Origin: Octopus bimaculoides
Lineage: Eukaryota
Assembly (NCBI RefSeq): GCF_001194135.2
Contig: NC_068981.1
Span: forward strand, 53,950,324-54,014,323
DNA: 64,000 nt
Direction: 5' to 3'
Under the pieces are notes generated by a model. The model worked only from the letters and a program-made list of their open reading frames with translations, had not been told where the DNA came from and did not search any database. Shown here piece after piece: positions 1 through 11,630 of this stretch; the stretch's first letter is position 1, and the number at the start of each line of letters is the position of its first letter. The position numbers and the translations under genes are program-made.

Positions 1-60
1 CAATAATAATAATAATAATAATAACAACAACAACAACAACAACAATAATAATAATAATAA
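1..60. repeat. (AAT)n/(AAC)n microsatellite
   Basis: Directly visible trinucleotide repeats. Confidence 0.95.
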
Positions 61-428
61 ACAGTTTTTAAACAAGCGTTGAATCGATGCTATTTTTGTT
101 ATCGACTACATTAGTCTCTGACTGTATGGAGCGATCTGTTGTCAGTGAATAATCCAAATTGTGTGGAAGTCATTGCTACGACATATAAACATGGCTATGC
201 TTGGATAACAAAATACAATCAGAGAACTGAAAAACCTCACAAGATATATAAGTCAATCTATTATCATACTGATGCATATCAACATAAATGGAATGAAATA
301 TAAACTATCTGTACACGAAACCTACAGTAAGTGAAAAGAATATTCACGTTTAACATAATCCCTGTGTATGATAATATTATGTAATATATGTGTGCGTGCG
401 CGTGTGTACGTATATGTATGTATGTATA

Positions 429-641
429 TTCCTTTATTCTTTTACTTGTTTCAGTCATTTGACTGCGGCCATACTGGAGCATCGCCTTTAGTCGAACAAG
501 TCGATCCCAGTACTTATTCTTTGTAAGCTTAGTACTTATTCTATCGGTCTCTTTTGCCGAACCGCTAAGTTGCGAGGGCGTAAACACACCAACATCGGTT
601 GTCAAGCGATTGGGAGGACTGACACAGACACACACACACAC

Positions 642-679
<38 letters not shown>

Positions 680-821
680 CGGGCTTTCAGTTTCCGTCTT
701 CCAAATTCACTCACAAGGATTCTATATTAGAAGACACTTGCCCAAGACGCCACACAGTGGGACTGAAGCCGGAAACATGAGATTGGGAAACAAGCTTCTT
801 GCCACAGCCGCACCACTGCCT
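429..821 (-). mobile_element. tRNA-derived SINE, family A (CORE-like; probably octopus OR-type), with internal (CA)n
   Basis: Matches other copies in the window: tail cttttacttgtttcagtcatttgactgcggcc, body gaagacacttgcccaag (reverse complement of the CORE-like cttgggcaagtgtctt), tRNA-like head with A/B boxes at the right end. Family name is from recall. Confidence 0.85.
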
Positions 822-825
822 CTTT

Positions 826-921
826 CTATTCTTTTACTTGTTTCAGTCATTTGACTGCGGCCAGGCTGGAGCATCACCTTTAGTCGAATAAACTGACCCC
901 AGGACTTATTCTTTGTAAGCC
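826..921 (-). mobile_element. SINE family A, tail-only second copy
   Basis: Near-repeat of 434-530, abutting the head of the previous copy. Confidence 0.8.
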
Positions 922-953
<32 letters not shown>

Positions 954-954
<1 letters not shown>

Positions 955-1631
955 GAGGTTCGATCAATAAGTATTGGCTACGACAGAGAAAGTGTATGGA
1001 GCGGAGTGTATGAACCGCACACAAGTGTACGAGTGCTTCAGACGTTTCCAAGATAACCAAAGAAATGTCGATATTGACGAACGTTCTGGGAGACCCGCAT
1101 CCAGCAGAACTGAGAAAAAACATCGCAGATATGTATGCAGCTGTGAGGGGAAATCGTCGAATCACCGTCCTTGAGTTATCAGATGTGCAGATTAGTTGCG
1201 GTTCAGTTCAGTCAATTATTACTGAAGATTTGGGTATTAGACGCGTGTCTGTCAAGTTTGTGCCAACAGTGCTTTCAGCTGACCAAAAAGACACTCGGGT
1301 TTCAGTTGTACAAGATCTCCTTGATTGTGTTGAGAACGAAGAAAACTTTTCGAAAATCTTGAATTAGCCTCTGAGCAGGTATCTCCAAGCTTTTGGCAAT
1401 ATTTGATGGAGATTTTCTGCTTAACTTTCTCTGTCATCGTCAATGCGACGATCACACGCTACACACCTTCTTTTCATGCACTGGTGTAAACAGCGGAAGT
1501 GAGCTAGAACGTTAAAACTTAGTGCGCATGCTCAGCAGAGTTTAAGGTCAATTTGTGCCAAGCGGCTTCACTCTGCGTGCTTTAGCTTCGTTACTATAGC
1601 AACTTTCCGGCTACTTATTGGCCAGACCACG
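954..1631 (-). mobile_element. Internally deleted and inverted mariner element with both TIRs
   Basis: TIRs 954-973 and 1612-1631 match at 15/20; (TA)n or (CA)n flanks. Minus-strand MTEKVKQKISIKYCQKLGDTCSEA is a mariner N-terminus. Plus-strand 974-1365 VYGAECMNRTQVYECFRRF...DERSGRP...RRVSVKFVPTVLSADQK is the HTH region and the WVPHEL-equivalent motif. Confidence 0.9.
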
Positions 1632-1727
1632 CATATATATATATATATATATCGGAGTAAATGCACTAAGTAGTGTTTACGTATAATCACAATCTAGGTT
1701 AGTTGAAATATGCGACAAACATATATT

Positions 1728-1764
<37 letters not shown>

Positions 1765-2229
1765 ATCTATGTATCCTCTATGAGTGCAATGGAAGCTGTT
1801 TCAAATCAAAATAGCTTTCTACGTATCATACTTAATGTATATATCCCGTTGATAGGCAAGCTACTGCGGCCTTCGTCCGAGATAAAAAAATCTTTTAGTG
1901 GCTAGCGAGAGCGTCAGATGCATTCCGGCCTTGTAGGACCTTGCCAATGACCTGTGCTCATAGTTAGCCAAGTTCCTAGACGAAATGTGTCGCTTCCGAT
2001 ATAGGAAACAATGAATAATACACTCACTAGTGTTGCGAATAGCCGCCGGGCTGAATAAATAATCTGGTGCACGCATTTCCCTTGTTGGAATTAGGGCATC
2101 AGTGACGCCTACTATCAGTTTCAGTGAGAAGGTAGCAGAAAGAACGACTCATACCACCACCAACCTTATTAGAGAACAGTACACATTCTCCTCTACGTTG
2201 TTCTAATACGACGGCCGCTCAGAGTCCAT

Positions 2230-2695
2230 GAGAACAACAACAACTAGCGAGTACATTAGAGAAACAACAATCACCACCACCACCACAACAACAACAACAA
2301 CAGCAGCAGCAGCTGCATAGTAACTGCAATGGTTACGATAATAGTAAGGGCAACGTTTTTAACAAACAGAACACCAACAACATTTGCACCAATAATAATA
2401 ACAACGACAGCAACAGCAATACCAACAATAACAGCGACAGCAGCAACAGAAATAGCGACAGCTGCAATAACAGCAGGTTCAGCAACAACGAAATCTGTAG
2501 TAACAACAACATTAGCAGTGACAGCAGCAGCAACAACAACGACAATAGCACCGGCAGCAACTGGAACAACAGCAACAGTAGTAGTAACAAGAACACCACC
2601 AGCAACGACAACAGCAGCAACAACAGCATTAACAGTAGCAACAGCAGCATTAACAGTAGCAACAGCAGAAACAAAAAGGACGACGACGACAAATC
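2230..2695. repeat. Low-complexity ACA/GCA/ATA trinucleotide tract
   Basis: Degenerate trinucleotide repeats. Confidence 0.9.
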
Positions 2696-2989
2696 AAGTG
2701 ATTGGGGTCGACTCCATGGGCCGGTAACATTTTGCTGGCATGGCGGTAAAGTCAGCAAAATACTTCTCATTCTCTCTAAACAACAAGGAAACACGCCTGA
2801 AATAGGCAACACAACCAGTGAAAGTGAACGGGAACCAGCCGAAGTTTCGGCAGCCTGGAAAACAGTGCTATATCACTGTGTCAGGAAAACCCCGACACTT
2901 AGAATTAGCAACTCACACCCACATTTAAAAAGCTCTTAAAGTTATATGGGCAGATATAGAGCATGTGATCAGGTGAAGGTAGTTCGGGA

Positions 2990-3860
2990 GAGACGGAGGT
3001 CTTTTTCCAAATCGAAGACCTTGTGCTGAGGTACACCATAGTTCCCATATACGCCAAACACACTCTATCCAACATATTTAAGAAGGACTTACCGCCTTAT
3101 GATAGAGTGAGTCCCACCACGTTCAGGTATATGGTGGATATTGCGTGTGTTGTCTTAGAGGGCAGCGACACCCTCTTCGACGTAAAATGAACTGAGAGGG
3201 AGAATTGGTTTGAGATCACGTATCCTCCTACCGATCAAACCAGAGGAAGCGGAAAAGATTCCAAAGATTATCAATATGCTGAATGGGGTGGATATACGTG
3301 TCACGGTTGAAGGCCGAATGTCATTTACGTGGTTATGAAGGCCATTTAAAAGTTTTCTTCCCTTATCAAAGACAGGGGAGAAAAGGCAACAAAAATTTCA
3401 AGAAAAAATTACACTCTCTAAACGAACCACACAATCATGACAGTATCACCAAAACCACACGTACATGAAACAAGACAAATTCACAACTCCACTAACAGCC
3501 ACATAAACAAAAAGAAAATACACAAGGACTGCACCAGCAGATAGACAAACAATTGCATCAACTAAATACCCAACCCAAATTTCATGTCGATAACGAGCAC
3601 GAATCAAACACGAATGTCCTTTATCGCACAAAGGGGGCATATTGAAACAAAGAGAGCTCTTCAAGACCAGTACTTTCAAGGTGTGACAAAATTTGAAAAT
3701 ATTAAGGCTGGACTTCCAAACGTATAAAGCAACTGGGGATAGTTTACGCAATGACATTGGAAGTTCTGCCGCAAGGGCAAGCAATACACTCCTAAAGGAC
3801 TTCCCAAAGGAACCTCAAAATTTCATGATGACCAAATCACTTAGTCTTCGAGACCACCAA
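2990..3860 (+). pseudogene. Decayed gag-like ORF1 of a Tx1/L1-like LINE
   Basis: Hand translation gives EDLVLRYTIVPIY..., IRVTVEGR, then a degenerate zinc knuckle (..RGYEGHLKVFFP). It lies on the same strand just upstream of ORF2 remnants. Confidence 0.55.
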
Positions 3861-4039
3861 ATGAGTAAGTAACATTTTTCTAATTATCTTTCTTTTCTAC
3901 CAACACGGCAGCTCTGAGGATGGGGGTATATAAATTCATGTGGCCTGTGGTCACCTTGTAAGCAGGTCACCTGCCCAATGATCCCAGATCACTAACGTTA
4001 GATGTAATAGCCATCAGCGATACCAGGACACACTCGCCC

Positions 4040-5010
4040 TAATGTTTATTTTTGGCGAATTTGAGATTTTTGCATCTCTTACTCAGTCCTGATGGGGTGG
4101 ATGGGGTGGAAGTGCTGTTTTGGAAAGGCCTGAGTCTCTACATATGTCGATCTTTCTGGATCCGGACGGTAAGTTGTGGTTCTCTCAGGGTTTATTTGAG
4201 CAGAGTCGAAAATGTTTAGTACGGAAATAGTAATAGAGAAGACTCAGCTAGAGAGACATCTCGTTAGGAACCTAGAAGGTATTGCGGTAGATGGTCTTGC
4301 AGAGAGATTGGCTTTTGATCAAGGTTGTGGTGTCAGAGCTAGGGCGCTTGCATTAAGGCATGAAAGAGCGAAAATCATTTGATGGGCCTGGACGGTGAAT
4401 GCGGAACATTGCAACAAAGTCAGTTTTTAGTTTTTGTGGGATCATGATGGGTGCATGTTGATCAATTCCAAGCAAACGCTTGCTAGATGTGCTTTTCTGC
4501 AGCTCGTCTCTTTGACAGAGATGTTGCCCTAGATGAAGCGTTGATCGAAACAAGGTTAAAAAAAACTCTATAGGCATGGTAGTATCTACTCGAGATGTGC
4601 GCAGAGCAACTAAACTGTCCTGCACAAGTTCGTACACTGCCTGAGTATTGCTGAATTGTAGAGTTTTGTTGAACAGCTGTGGTCGTGTGTAGGACGGATC
4701 CGGCTATCGGCCGACTTCATCGTAAAGATCATCCACCCGCCTTTGTTTGTCCGGGAAGGACAGGTAGTTTTCCTCCGCCTGGTGGCGATGGCGAAGGAGG
4801 TTGTGTGACGGATGAAACTGAAAAGACTGATGACAGACTCTTTCTTCTTCGGTCAAGCCATTTTTTTTTTCCAAGTTACAATTGAGACATAACGGCGAGG
4901 ATGAGGGTGAGGGGCTGCTCCTCCTACCGAGTAAATTTGTTGAAAAATGAGTGAATGTGATGAGGGTGACCCGAGTGAGTAGGCATACTCTAATCTGATA
5001 CCTGTAGGAT
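4040..5010 (+). mobile_element. Tx1/L1-like ORF2 remnant with the RT domain deleted
   Basis: APE-start-like GGVEVLFWKGL..IFLDPDGKL (about 4110-4180); linker GCGVRARALALRHERAK (about 4325-4370); then KLYRHGS...CAQSN*TVLHKFVHCLSIAEL*SFVEQL...FLRLVAMAKEVV* (4563-4810), the Cys/His-rich C-terminus. Confidence 0.75.
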
Positions 5011-5229
5011 GGCGAAAATGGATAAGAGAGGGCGCCTCGCAGCGAAGGACTTGACGGTCGAGTTAATTCAGGAATTGTGGAGCTCCTTGATTATCCTATG
5101 ATGGTATTTCCCTATTGGAAAATCTTGTTATAATTTTCTTGCTAATTGTTATTGTTTATTTGTTGCTTACATGTGTTTATATAAATCTCCACGTTCTTTT
5201 GTCCTAAATGCTTTGCAGCCCTTGTGATC

Positions 5230-5745
5230 AATAAAGGAGAACTTTCGGGCCAAGTATAACCTTGGATGACTTTCAGAAATCCCTGGGGTAGCAGTGCTAC
5301 CAAAAAGCGTTGCCAGTTCGAGATAAACTCTACAAGTACGGAAGCGCTGTCACACAGGACTGTCTGGGATGCAACGAAACCGTTCTGCATTTACTCGTGT
5401 AGTGTCCGAATATTACTGACTTGTCGAGTTATGCCAAACAGTTGTTATCGCGTGTCGGCTGAATCCACCATGAGGATCGCCCCAGCACCCACCTTTAACA
5501 TGGCTAGGCAGCCGGTGTTCCTGTCTAGTGGCGATGGTGAACGAGGTTGCATGGTGGACGAGGTTGAAAGAATTAAGGAAAGGCATCTTCTTCGGTTAAA
5601 CCCTCACCGACATGTTTAAGTTCCACTTGGAAAGGGCAGTGAGGGTGGCGAGGGAAGTGCTACTTCCCAGTAAAGTGAAAAGATGAGTGATTGTGACAGA
5701 AATAGTTAGAGTGAATGGGCCCTACTCTAACCATGCACTTAAACA
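5230..5745 (+). mobile_element. 5'-truncated Tx1/L1-like LINE 3' end, second and diverged copy
   Basis: DDFQKSLG*QCYQKALPVRDKLYKYGSAVTQDCLGCNETVLHLLV*CPNITDL; homologous to 4563-5010 of this window. Confidence 0.8.
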
Positions 5746-6016
5746 TTGGAGAGCAACGGATGAGAGAGGGCTCGTGCCTTTGGTGGTCAGGGTAATTTTG
5801 GATCTGTAGGCTTCCTTGACTGGTCTTAGCTGGAGTTCCTCCTGCATCAGGAGGACTGCATCATTCATGTTATCAAATACTTTGAATACTGTTTACTTTT
5901 ATCGCATTTCTCCGTCTTTTCCATTTCTTTCTCCTCATCCTTTATGTATACTCCACACAAACTGTTGTGTCCTTCTGATGTCCCCCTCATTTACGACGGT
6001 GGTTAATAATAGAAAC

Positions 6017-6017
<1 letters not shown>

Positions 6018-6048
<31 letters not shown>

Positions 6049-6262
6049 GTAGTAGTAGTAGTAGTAGTAGGAGGAGGAGGAGGGGGAGGAGGAGGAGGTG
6101 ATGGTGGTGGTGGTGATGGTAACGGTGGTGATGGTGGTGGTTGTGGTGGTGGTGGTTGTGGTGGTGGTGGTGGCGGCGGCGGTGTCGGCAGTAGTAATAA
6201 TAGTAGTAATTGTTGTTATGGTCGTATCAGCAGCAGCGGCAACAGTAGTAATAGTAACAGAA
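6018..6262. repeat. Compound trinucleotide microsatellite (ATT, AGT, GGA, GGT)
   Basis: Directly visible. Confidence 0.95.
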
Positions 6263-6724
6263 TACATCGATGGCTCTTTTCCCCATCCTAGACTCTCTTA
6301 CATCTTTCATGCTCACATACCCTGTGTCCTTATGTTTAATGAAGCGCACATCCTTGAAAATAAGAGGCTTTCACAAAGTTGCTGTCCGTTACCGCCAGAG
6401 TGCGATCGAGTGCAGAGCGGTCATGATGTGCTTGAGAGGAACGTTATAATGCAACTACACACAGAGAGTAATGCCGGCTGCCTGTGATAAAAGGTTTTAA
6501 GTATTATAAAAAGTGGAGACGGAGAAAGCTCGGAAAAGGAGGTTGAGAAGGCAAAATGAATGAAAAGAAAACGCAAGATAATAGTACGCCGAGAAAATCG
6601 GAAGAAGACGGGGTGAAAGTACGTAAAGTTTATGTATACACTGGGAAACAAACATCCTGACCTATATTATTGTCAGTGGACAAGTACAGTCTTGTATATC
6701 AAGATAGATATATCTATTCAATTA

Positions 6725-6934
6725 CAGTAATCCTTCGACTATCGCGGGTGTTACATTCCAAAACACCCCGCGATAGGTGAAAATCCGCGAAGTAGAAACA
6801 GCACTGTACTGTATATATTTTAAAAATTATTTTTATAATTTGTATATATTTATTTTATTGTAAATGCAAAACAACACCATGGAGGAATCAACGTAAACTT
6901 AAATAATATACCGCGATAAGACGAGGCATTACAT
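6725..6934. mobile_element. Tigger/pogo-type MITE
   Basis: TA|CAGTAATCCTTCGACTATCGCGG left end; imperfect inverted right end CCGCGATAAGACGAGGCATTAC at 6911-6932. Confidence 0.7.
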
Positions 6935-7269
6935 TACTATATTCCTATGATCAAAAGTTTTAGTTTCGTTTTGTGTTTGCATTAACTCTGTTCAACAGCT
7001 ATTTTGAGTATTGTTCATAGCCCGTAATACCTCTTTAAAAACGGAAAATGGTTTTCGTCAGTTTACAATTATCTTTAAAAATTCTTTTAGTGTATCATAT
7101 AGATGTCATTTTTGACGCCGAATCCGAATTTGTTATTCATTTATTCCCGAAAAATTTTGTAATAATGTTACAGGCGTTCAAAGTTTGNNNNNNNNNNNNN
7201 NNNNNNNNNNNNNNNNNNNNNNNNNNNNNNNNNNNNNNNNNNNNNNNNNGGGGGGGCTCGGCATGTCAA

Positions 7270-8240
7270 AACACTAAACTAGCTCGCGAGCAAATTAAAT
7301 ATTTAAAAGCTACGAACAAACCAACAGGAATTGCTAGAAATAATAGTCAAAACATTGAATTATACATGAGCAAAGGTAACATTTAAAACATTCGCCCAGG
7401 AAATATTAACCAGTCGATCATACTGCCCGTAAGCCTTACAGGAGGATCTCATGACCTCAAACGAACCCAAGATGGACGGAAGTTTCCGATTAACTTTTTT
7501 CACATAAAAACCCGATGATCAATAATTATAATGCCACTGCTTGAGGTTTCCTAAAAAAGCAAATTAAACTTCTTTAGTCTGCGAATGACAGAAGAACCTT
7601 TCGTGCGTGTCGTGCCTTGATGATCATTATTGATTTGCAAAAAAGGTGATCTAATGTAAGAAGAAGATGAAACCAGATAAGATAGTTGATGTTATCAAGA
7701 TCATTTTGGCTCAGCTATCTAATAAAGATGGCAACCCAGAGGTCTTTAAGACTATCAATACTTAACTCATCCACAATCTACGTAGAGTCATCTACCCACC
7801 TTCAATACGTATATGAAATTGAAAATGCATCAAAATTTATGCTACAAGATTTCTTCGGGTAACTCAGATTGACAGTGATCACAGACGTTGACTAGAAGAC
7901 GGAGGCAAGAAAAGAACCCTAAAAGTTTATGGAAAGAGCTTATTTACAATTTATAGCTAGTTCAACAAAAGTTGTTGTGCAAACTTCTAAAAGCGTACAT
8001 CAATGTTGAGTACTGCAGCCTTGCTAAAGAAATGATCTCTTTCACAAAGTACATCTAGAAGCAATATTGTTTCTCCTCGGTTTTGGAATGAAAAGGTTAA
8101 GTGAACAAGAAAATTTTGCAAGTAATTCTTGCTGTGATTCTATTTTGTTAGTGAAATATTTTGTAATGTATGCAAAGATTTGTACATTACGACTACATGA
8201 GACAAAGGATAACCATGTACTCCTGCTCCTCTCAGTCATG
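7270..8240 (+). pseudogene. Helitron Rep (HUH endonuclease) relic
   Basis: Ordered degenerate Rep motifs: IILPVSLTGG (7417), GRKFPINFF (FITFT-like, about 7474), IIDLQKR* (EWQKRG-like, 7626-7649), RR*LEDGG (about 7885), LLCKLLKAYINVEYC...KYI (7972-8055). Confidence 0.75.
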
Positions 8241-9060
8241 GTCGGGTCGTCGGCGATTAAACTGGCTCCCCTCTTGGTTCAGCTTGCTAGATCTTGGAGG
8301 AGGGTGTGAGGACACTCGTCAGAACTAAAAATCAGGTCTGTTCAAACAAGGGCACAGGAGCGCCGTCCTTGTCCCTCACCACACTAAACTAAGACCCCCA
8401 ACGATGGATCAAGCGGAGGAAGCTAAATCTCCGAACTCAATGATTGATCCTAGCGGAAGAGGGTGATGCCAGATGGACTGGCTAGAAAGGCGCAACTCTA
8501 ACATTGGAGCTAGCGGCATTCCGTTGCAACCCATCTTCCGGACCTCGTATGTCACTCTAGGTACTGCCGCAGTAGAAGGATTTTGGGTCCTAGTGCGTGG
8601 GGTCCCCTTTGCAAGATCTTTACCATAAACAAACTCACTCACACTATTGGCTGGTTTCTTTTTGATCCAACTCTTCCTCCCCTCTCCTTTTTTTTCTCTA
8701 AAAGAAAGAGACTAGGCTGCCTCGTCAAATTTTATATGGTGAACTTTCCACCGGAGGAAGACTCCGTGGCTGTCCCCTCCGTCGATGCAAAGCCTAAAAC
8801 TGGTTGGAATTGATCCCAGAGCCTGAGACACTGAAGCTCAAGACAGGCCCGGAAAGAAGTGGAGAAACGATAACAAAGAAAATGGAGGCTGCAACACCCA
8901 AAGCCTCCACCACGGATCTCTTGTGAACTTTGCAGTAAATGCTCCCATGCAGGAATCGGCCTCATTTGTCATCAGAGGCATAAACACGGACAGAGGGGAA
9001 GAAGCGGTCAAGAAGAAGCCAAATAAATTATCGGACACACGATAAAGCGCCGCCGCCGAC
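8240..9060. other. Unclassified GC-richer segment, possibly a retroelement remnant
   Basis: Composition shift relative to flanks; no motif I can name with confidence. Confidence 0.3.
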
Positions 9061-9171
9061 GAATATATATATGCGGGTGTGTTATATATGTGTGTGTGTG
9101 TGTGTCTGTGTAATATACATATATATATTACACAGACACACACACACATATATAACACATGCGCATATATT

Positions 9172-9225
<54 letters not shown>

Positions 9226-9336
9226 TGTGTGTGTGTGTGTGCGTGCGTGCGTATGTATGTATGTATGTATGTATGTATGTATGTATGTATGTATGTATGT
9301 GCGCGACCCTGATGCAATCCACGGTGTTGAGAATAT

Positions 9337-9659
9337 AACAAATGCTAGAGCTGGAAAATGGAATATATGAGAAACTCTATTGCTCACAATGATCGTTTTG
9401 ATCCATCCTGCGTCGATCCCTCACGGGTGGGATATTGTACAACTGTTTCCCTTAATGCAGCACGTTTTAATAAAACATGCTGTATTAAACGAGATACCCC
9501 TTATAACATTATCTGACGAAGTACTTCTGCACCGAGGAATGCACCACAACCAGTTGTGCAGTGTCCTACCCGTGAGGGATCGATGCAAGATGGATCGAAA
9601 CGATCGTAGTGAGCAATAAAGTTTCTTGTATATTCCATTTTCCGTCTCTATCATTTGTT
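9337..9659. repeat. Foldback element: 109-bp inverted arms plus a nested 18-bp hairpin
   Basis: Arms 9337-9445 and 9551-9659 align at 94/109 without gaps; inner arms 9452-9469 and 9471-9488 align at 16/18. Confidence 0.95.
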
Positions 9660-9712
9660 TTATGTATATGTATATGTATGTTCGCCTATCATGTATATTC
9701 TCTCTCTCTATT

Positions 9713-9775
<63 letters not shown>

Positions 9776-9878
9776 AAATTTCAATAGTTTTAACTTCAAC
9801 CTTTTCGGTTCAATTATTCGAGTAAACATTGAAAGGAAGCGCGTAAGCGAGCAAAGGAGGAGAGAAACTGAGAGTGAG

Positions 9879-9981
<103 letters not shown>

Positions 9982-10010
9982 GTGTACGTGAGAGAGAGAG
10001 AGAGACAGGC

Positions 10011-10049
<39 letters not shown>

Positions 10050-10418
10050 TACGGGCAGACAGACTGGCAGGCAAACTGACAGTTATAGAGGGGGCGTGCA
10101 ATTCAGAAGTCAAAGGTAAGCAGCTGGGAAGTATTATGGAGTTATATGTGAAATTCTGACTGGGCGGAGTATTATTTATTTTTATCTTTATTTTTCTTTT
10201 TATACCAAAGACACTTGTTGGGTGTTACCAAAACACGGCTTTCCAAGATAAGATAAACTTGGTTGGTGTGTGACATGTAAAACAAAAGAATAAACTACCA
10301 GAGGACCTCAATGTACAACTAAATCTCTGATGAGATGCCTCTCTTATACACTTATTTAACTATTTGTAATTGTATTTGATCACATTGTTGCAATATTTCT
10401 GTTCGTATCTTACATATA

Positions 10419-10692
10419 CAATAATGCCTCGATATACGAGTTAATTTGTTCCTGGAGATCGCTCGTAGCGCGAAAACTCGTGAAGCAGAATAATAATTCT
10501 CCATAGTAGCAATGAAATTTTATGCTGTCATTTTACTCTGTCGCTGTGTAGACGCGTCAGAACCAGTGTTGTTACATGTTGCGACGTTGCCACACTCAAA
10601 ATGACTGTTTAACCTTTTTATATTTAATATAAATTAATACTCGTAAACCTGGGGTATCGTAAAGCGGGTCATCGTAAAGTGAGGCAATACTG
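10419..10692. mobile_element. Tigger-type MITE with TA target duplication
   Basis: TA|CAATAATGCCTCGATATACG ... CGTAAAGTGAGGCAATACTG|TA; TIRs match at 15/20. Confidence 0.75.
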
Positions 10693-10842
10693 TATCACAA
10701 ATCTAACGTGTAACTATTAATTTCTTTAATTTTATCATAGATTTCTTTATGATATATATAAAAGAAAACGGGACAAATTCTTTTACTAGTATATACATGT
10801 GTGTGTGTGTTTGTGCATGCGTGCGTGCGTGTGTGTGTGTGC

Positions 10843-10893
<51 letters not shown>

Positions 10894-10914
10894 CGTGCGT
10901 GCGTGTGTCTGAAC

Positions 10915-11107
10915 TGTTGGCATGCTAGGGTGCCTCCTTGAAGAGTTTAGTCAAACAAATCAATTCCAGGCCTTTTTTTTTTTCAATTTGGTACCAATTC
11001 TAGCGGTCTTTTTTGCCGAATTGCTAAGTTTCGGCTAGAGCGTAAACAAACCAATATCGGATGTCAACCGGGGAGAAATAGAAAACGCACACACACACGC
11101 ACGCACG

Positions 11108-11154
<47 letters not shown>

Positions 11155-11352
11155 GCACACACACACACGCACGCACGCATGCACAAACACACACACACAT
11201 GTATATACGATGGGTATCCACACAGTTTCTGTCAACCAAATTCAGCTACAAGACATTAGACGACATTTGCATAAGTTGCTATACGATGGGACTGAATCCG
11301 AAACCACGTTGTTGCGAAGCAAACTTCTTAGCCACACAGTTATGCCTGCACC
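10915..11352 (-). mobile_element. SINE family A
   Basis: Same tail, internal microsatellite and head as the other copies. Confidence 0.8.
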
Positions 11353-11364
11353 CCACTCTCTGTC

Positions 11365-11395
<31 letters not shown>

Positions 11396-11420
11396 GACAC
11401 ACGCGCGCGTGCAGACACAT

Positions 11421-11460
<40 letters not shown>

Positions 11461-11461
<1 letters not shown>

Positions 11462-11630
11462 AGCACAGTTCTGGATGTGTGGTAAGAAGCTTGCTTCCCA
11501 ACGACATGGTTTCAGGTTCAGGCCCATAGCGTGACACCTTTGACAAGTGTCTTTTACTATGGCCTCGGACCGACCAAAACCTTGTGAGTGGGTTCGGTAG
11601 ATGGAAGCTGAAAAAGTCCGTCAAGTATAC
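11461..11630 (+). mobile_element. SINE family A, head half, cut by the gap
   Basis: gatgtgtggtaagaagcttgcttcccaac...ggttcaggcccat...cctttgacaagtgtctt. Confidence 0.8.

Noticed and set aside
2329-2727. Thr/Ala-rich 132-aa ORF resembling mucin or antifreeze glycoprotein
   Set aside because: Expected from ACA/GCA repeats; no signal peptide, regular TAA tripeptide or splice evidence.
3690-3868. Open frame ending at a perfect GTAAGT donor
   Set aside because: Weak acceptor, and it lies within the decayed LINE ORF1 region.
4353-4637. 94-aa minus-strand ORF
   Set aside because: Antisense shadow of the plus-strand Tx1-like ORF2 remnant.
6556-6618. Possible first exon MNEKKTQDNSTPRKSEEDGVK|GTACGT
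   Set aside because: Short, purine-rich, no homology and not in phase with the other candidates.
10328-10345. CTGATGAG hammerhead-like word
   Set aside because: No GAAA after a stem II.
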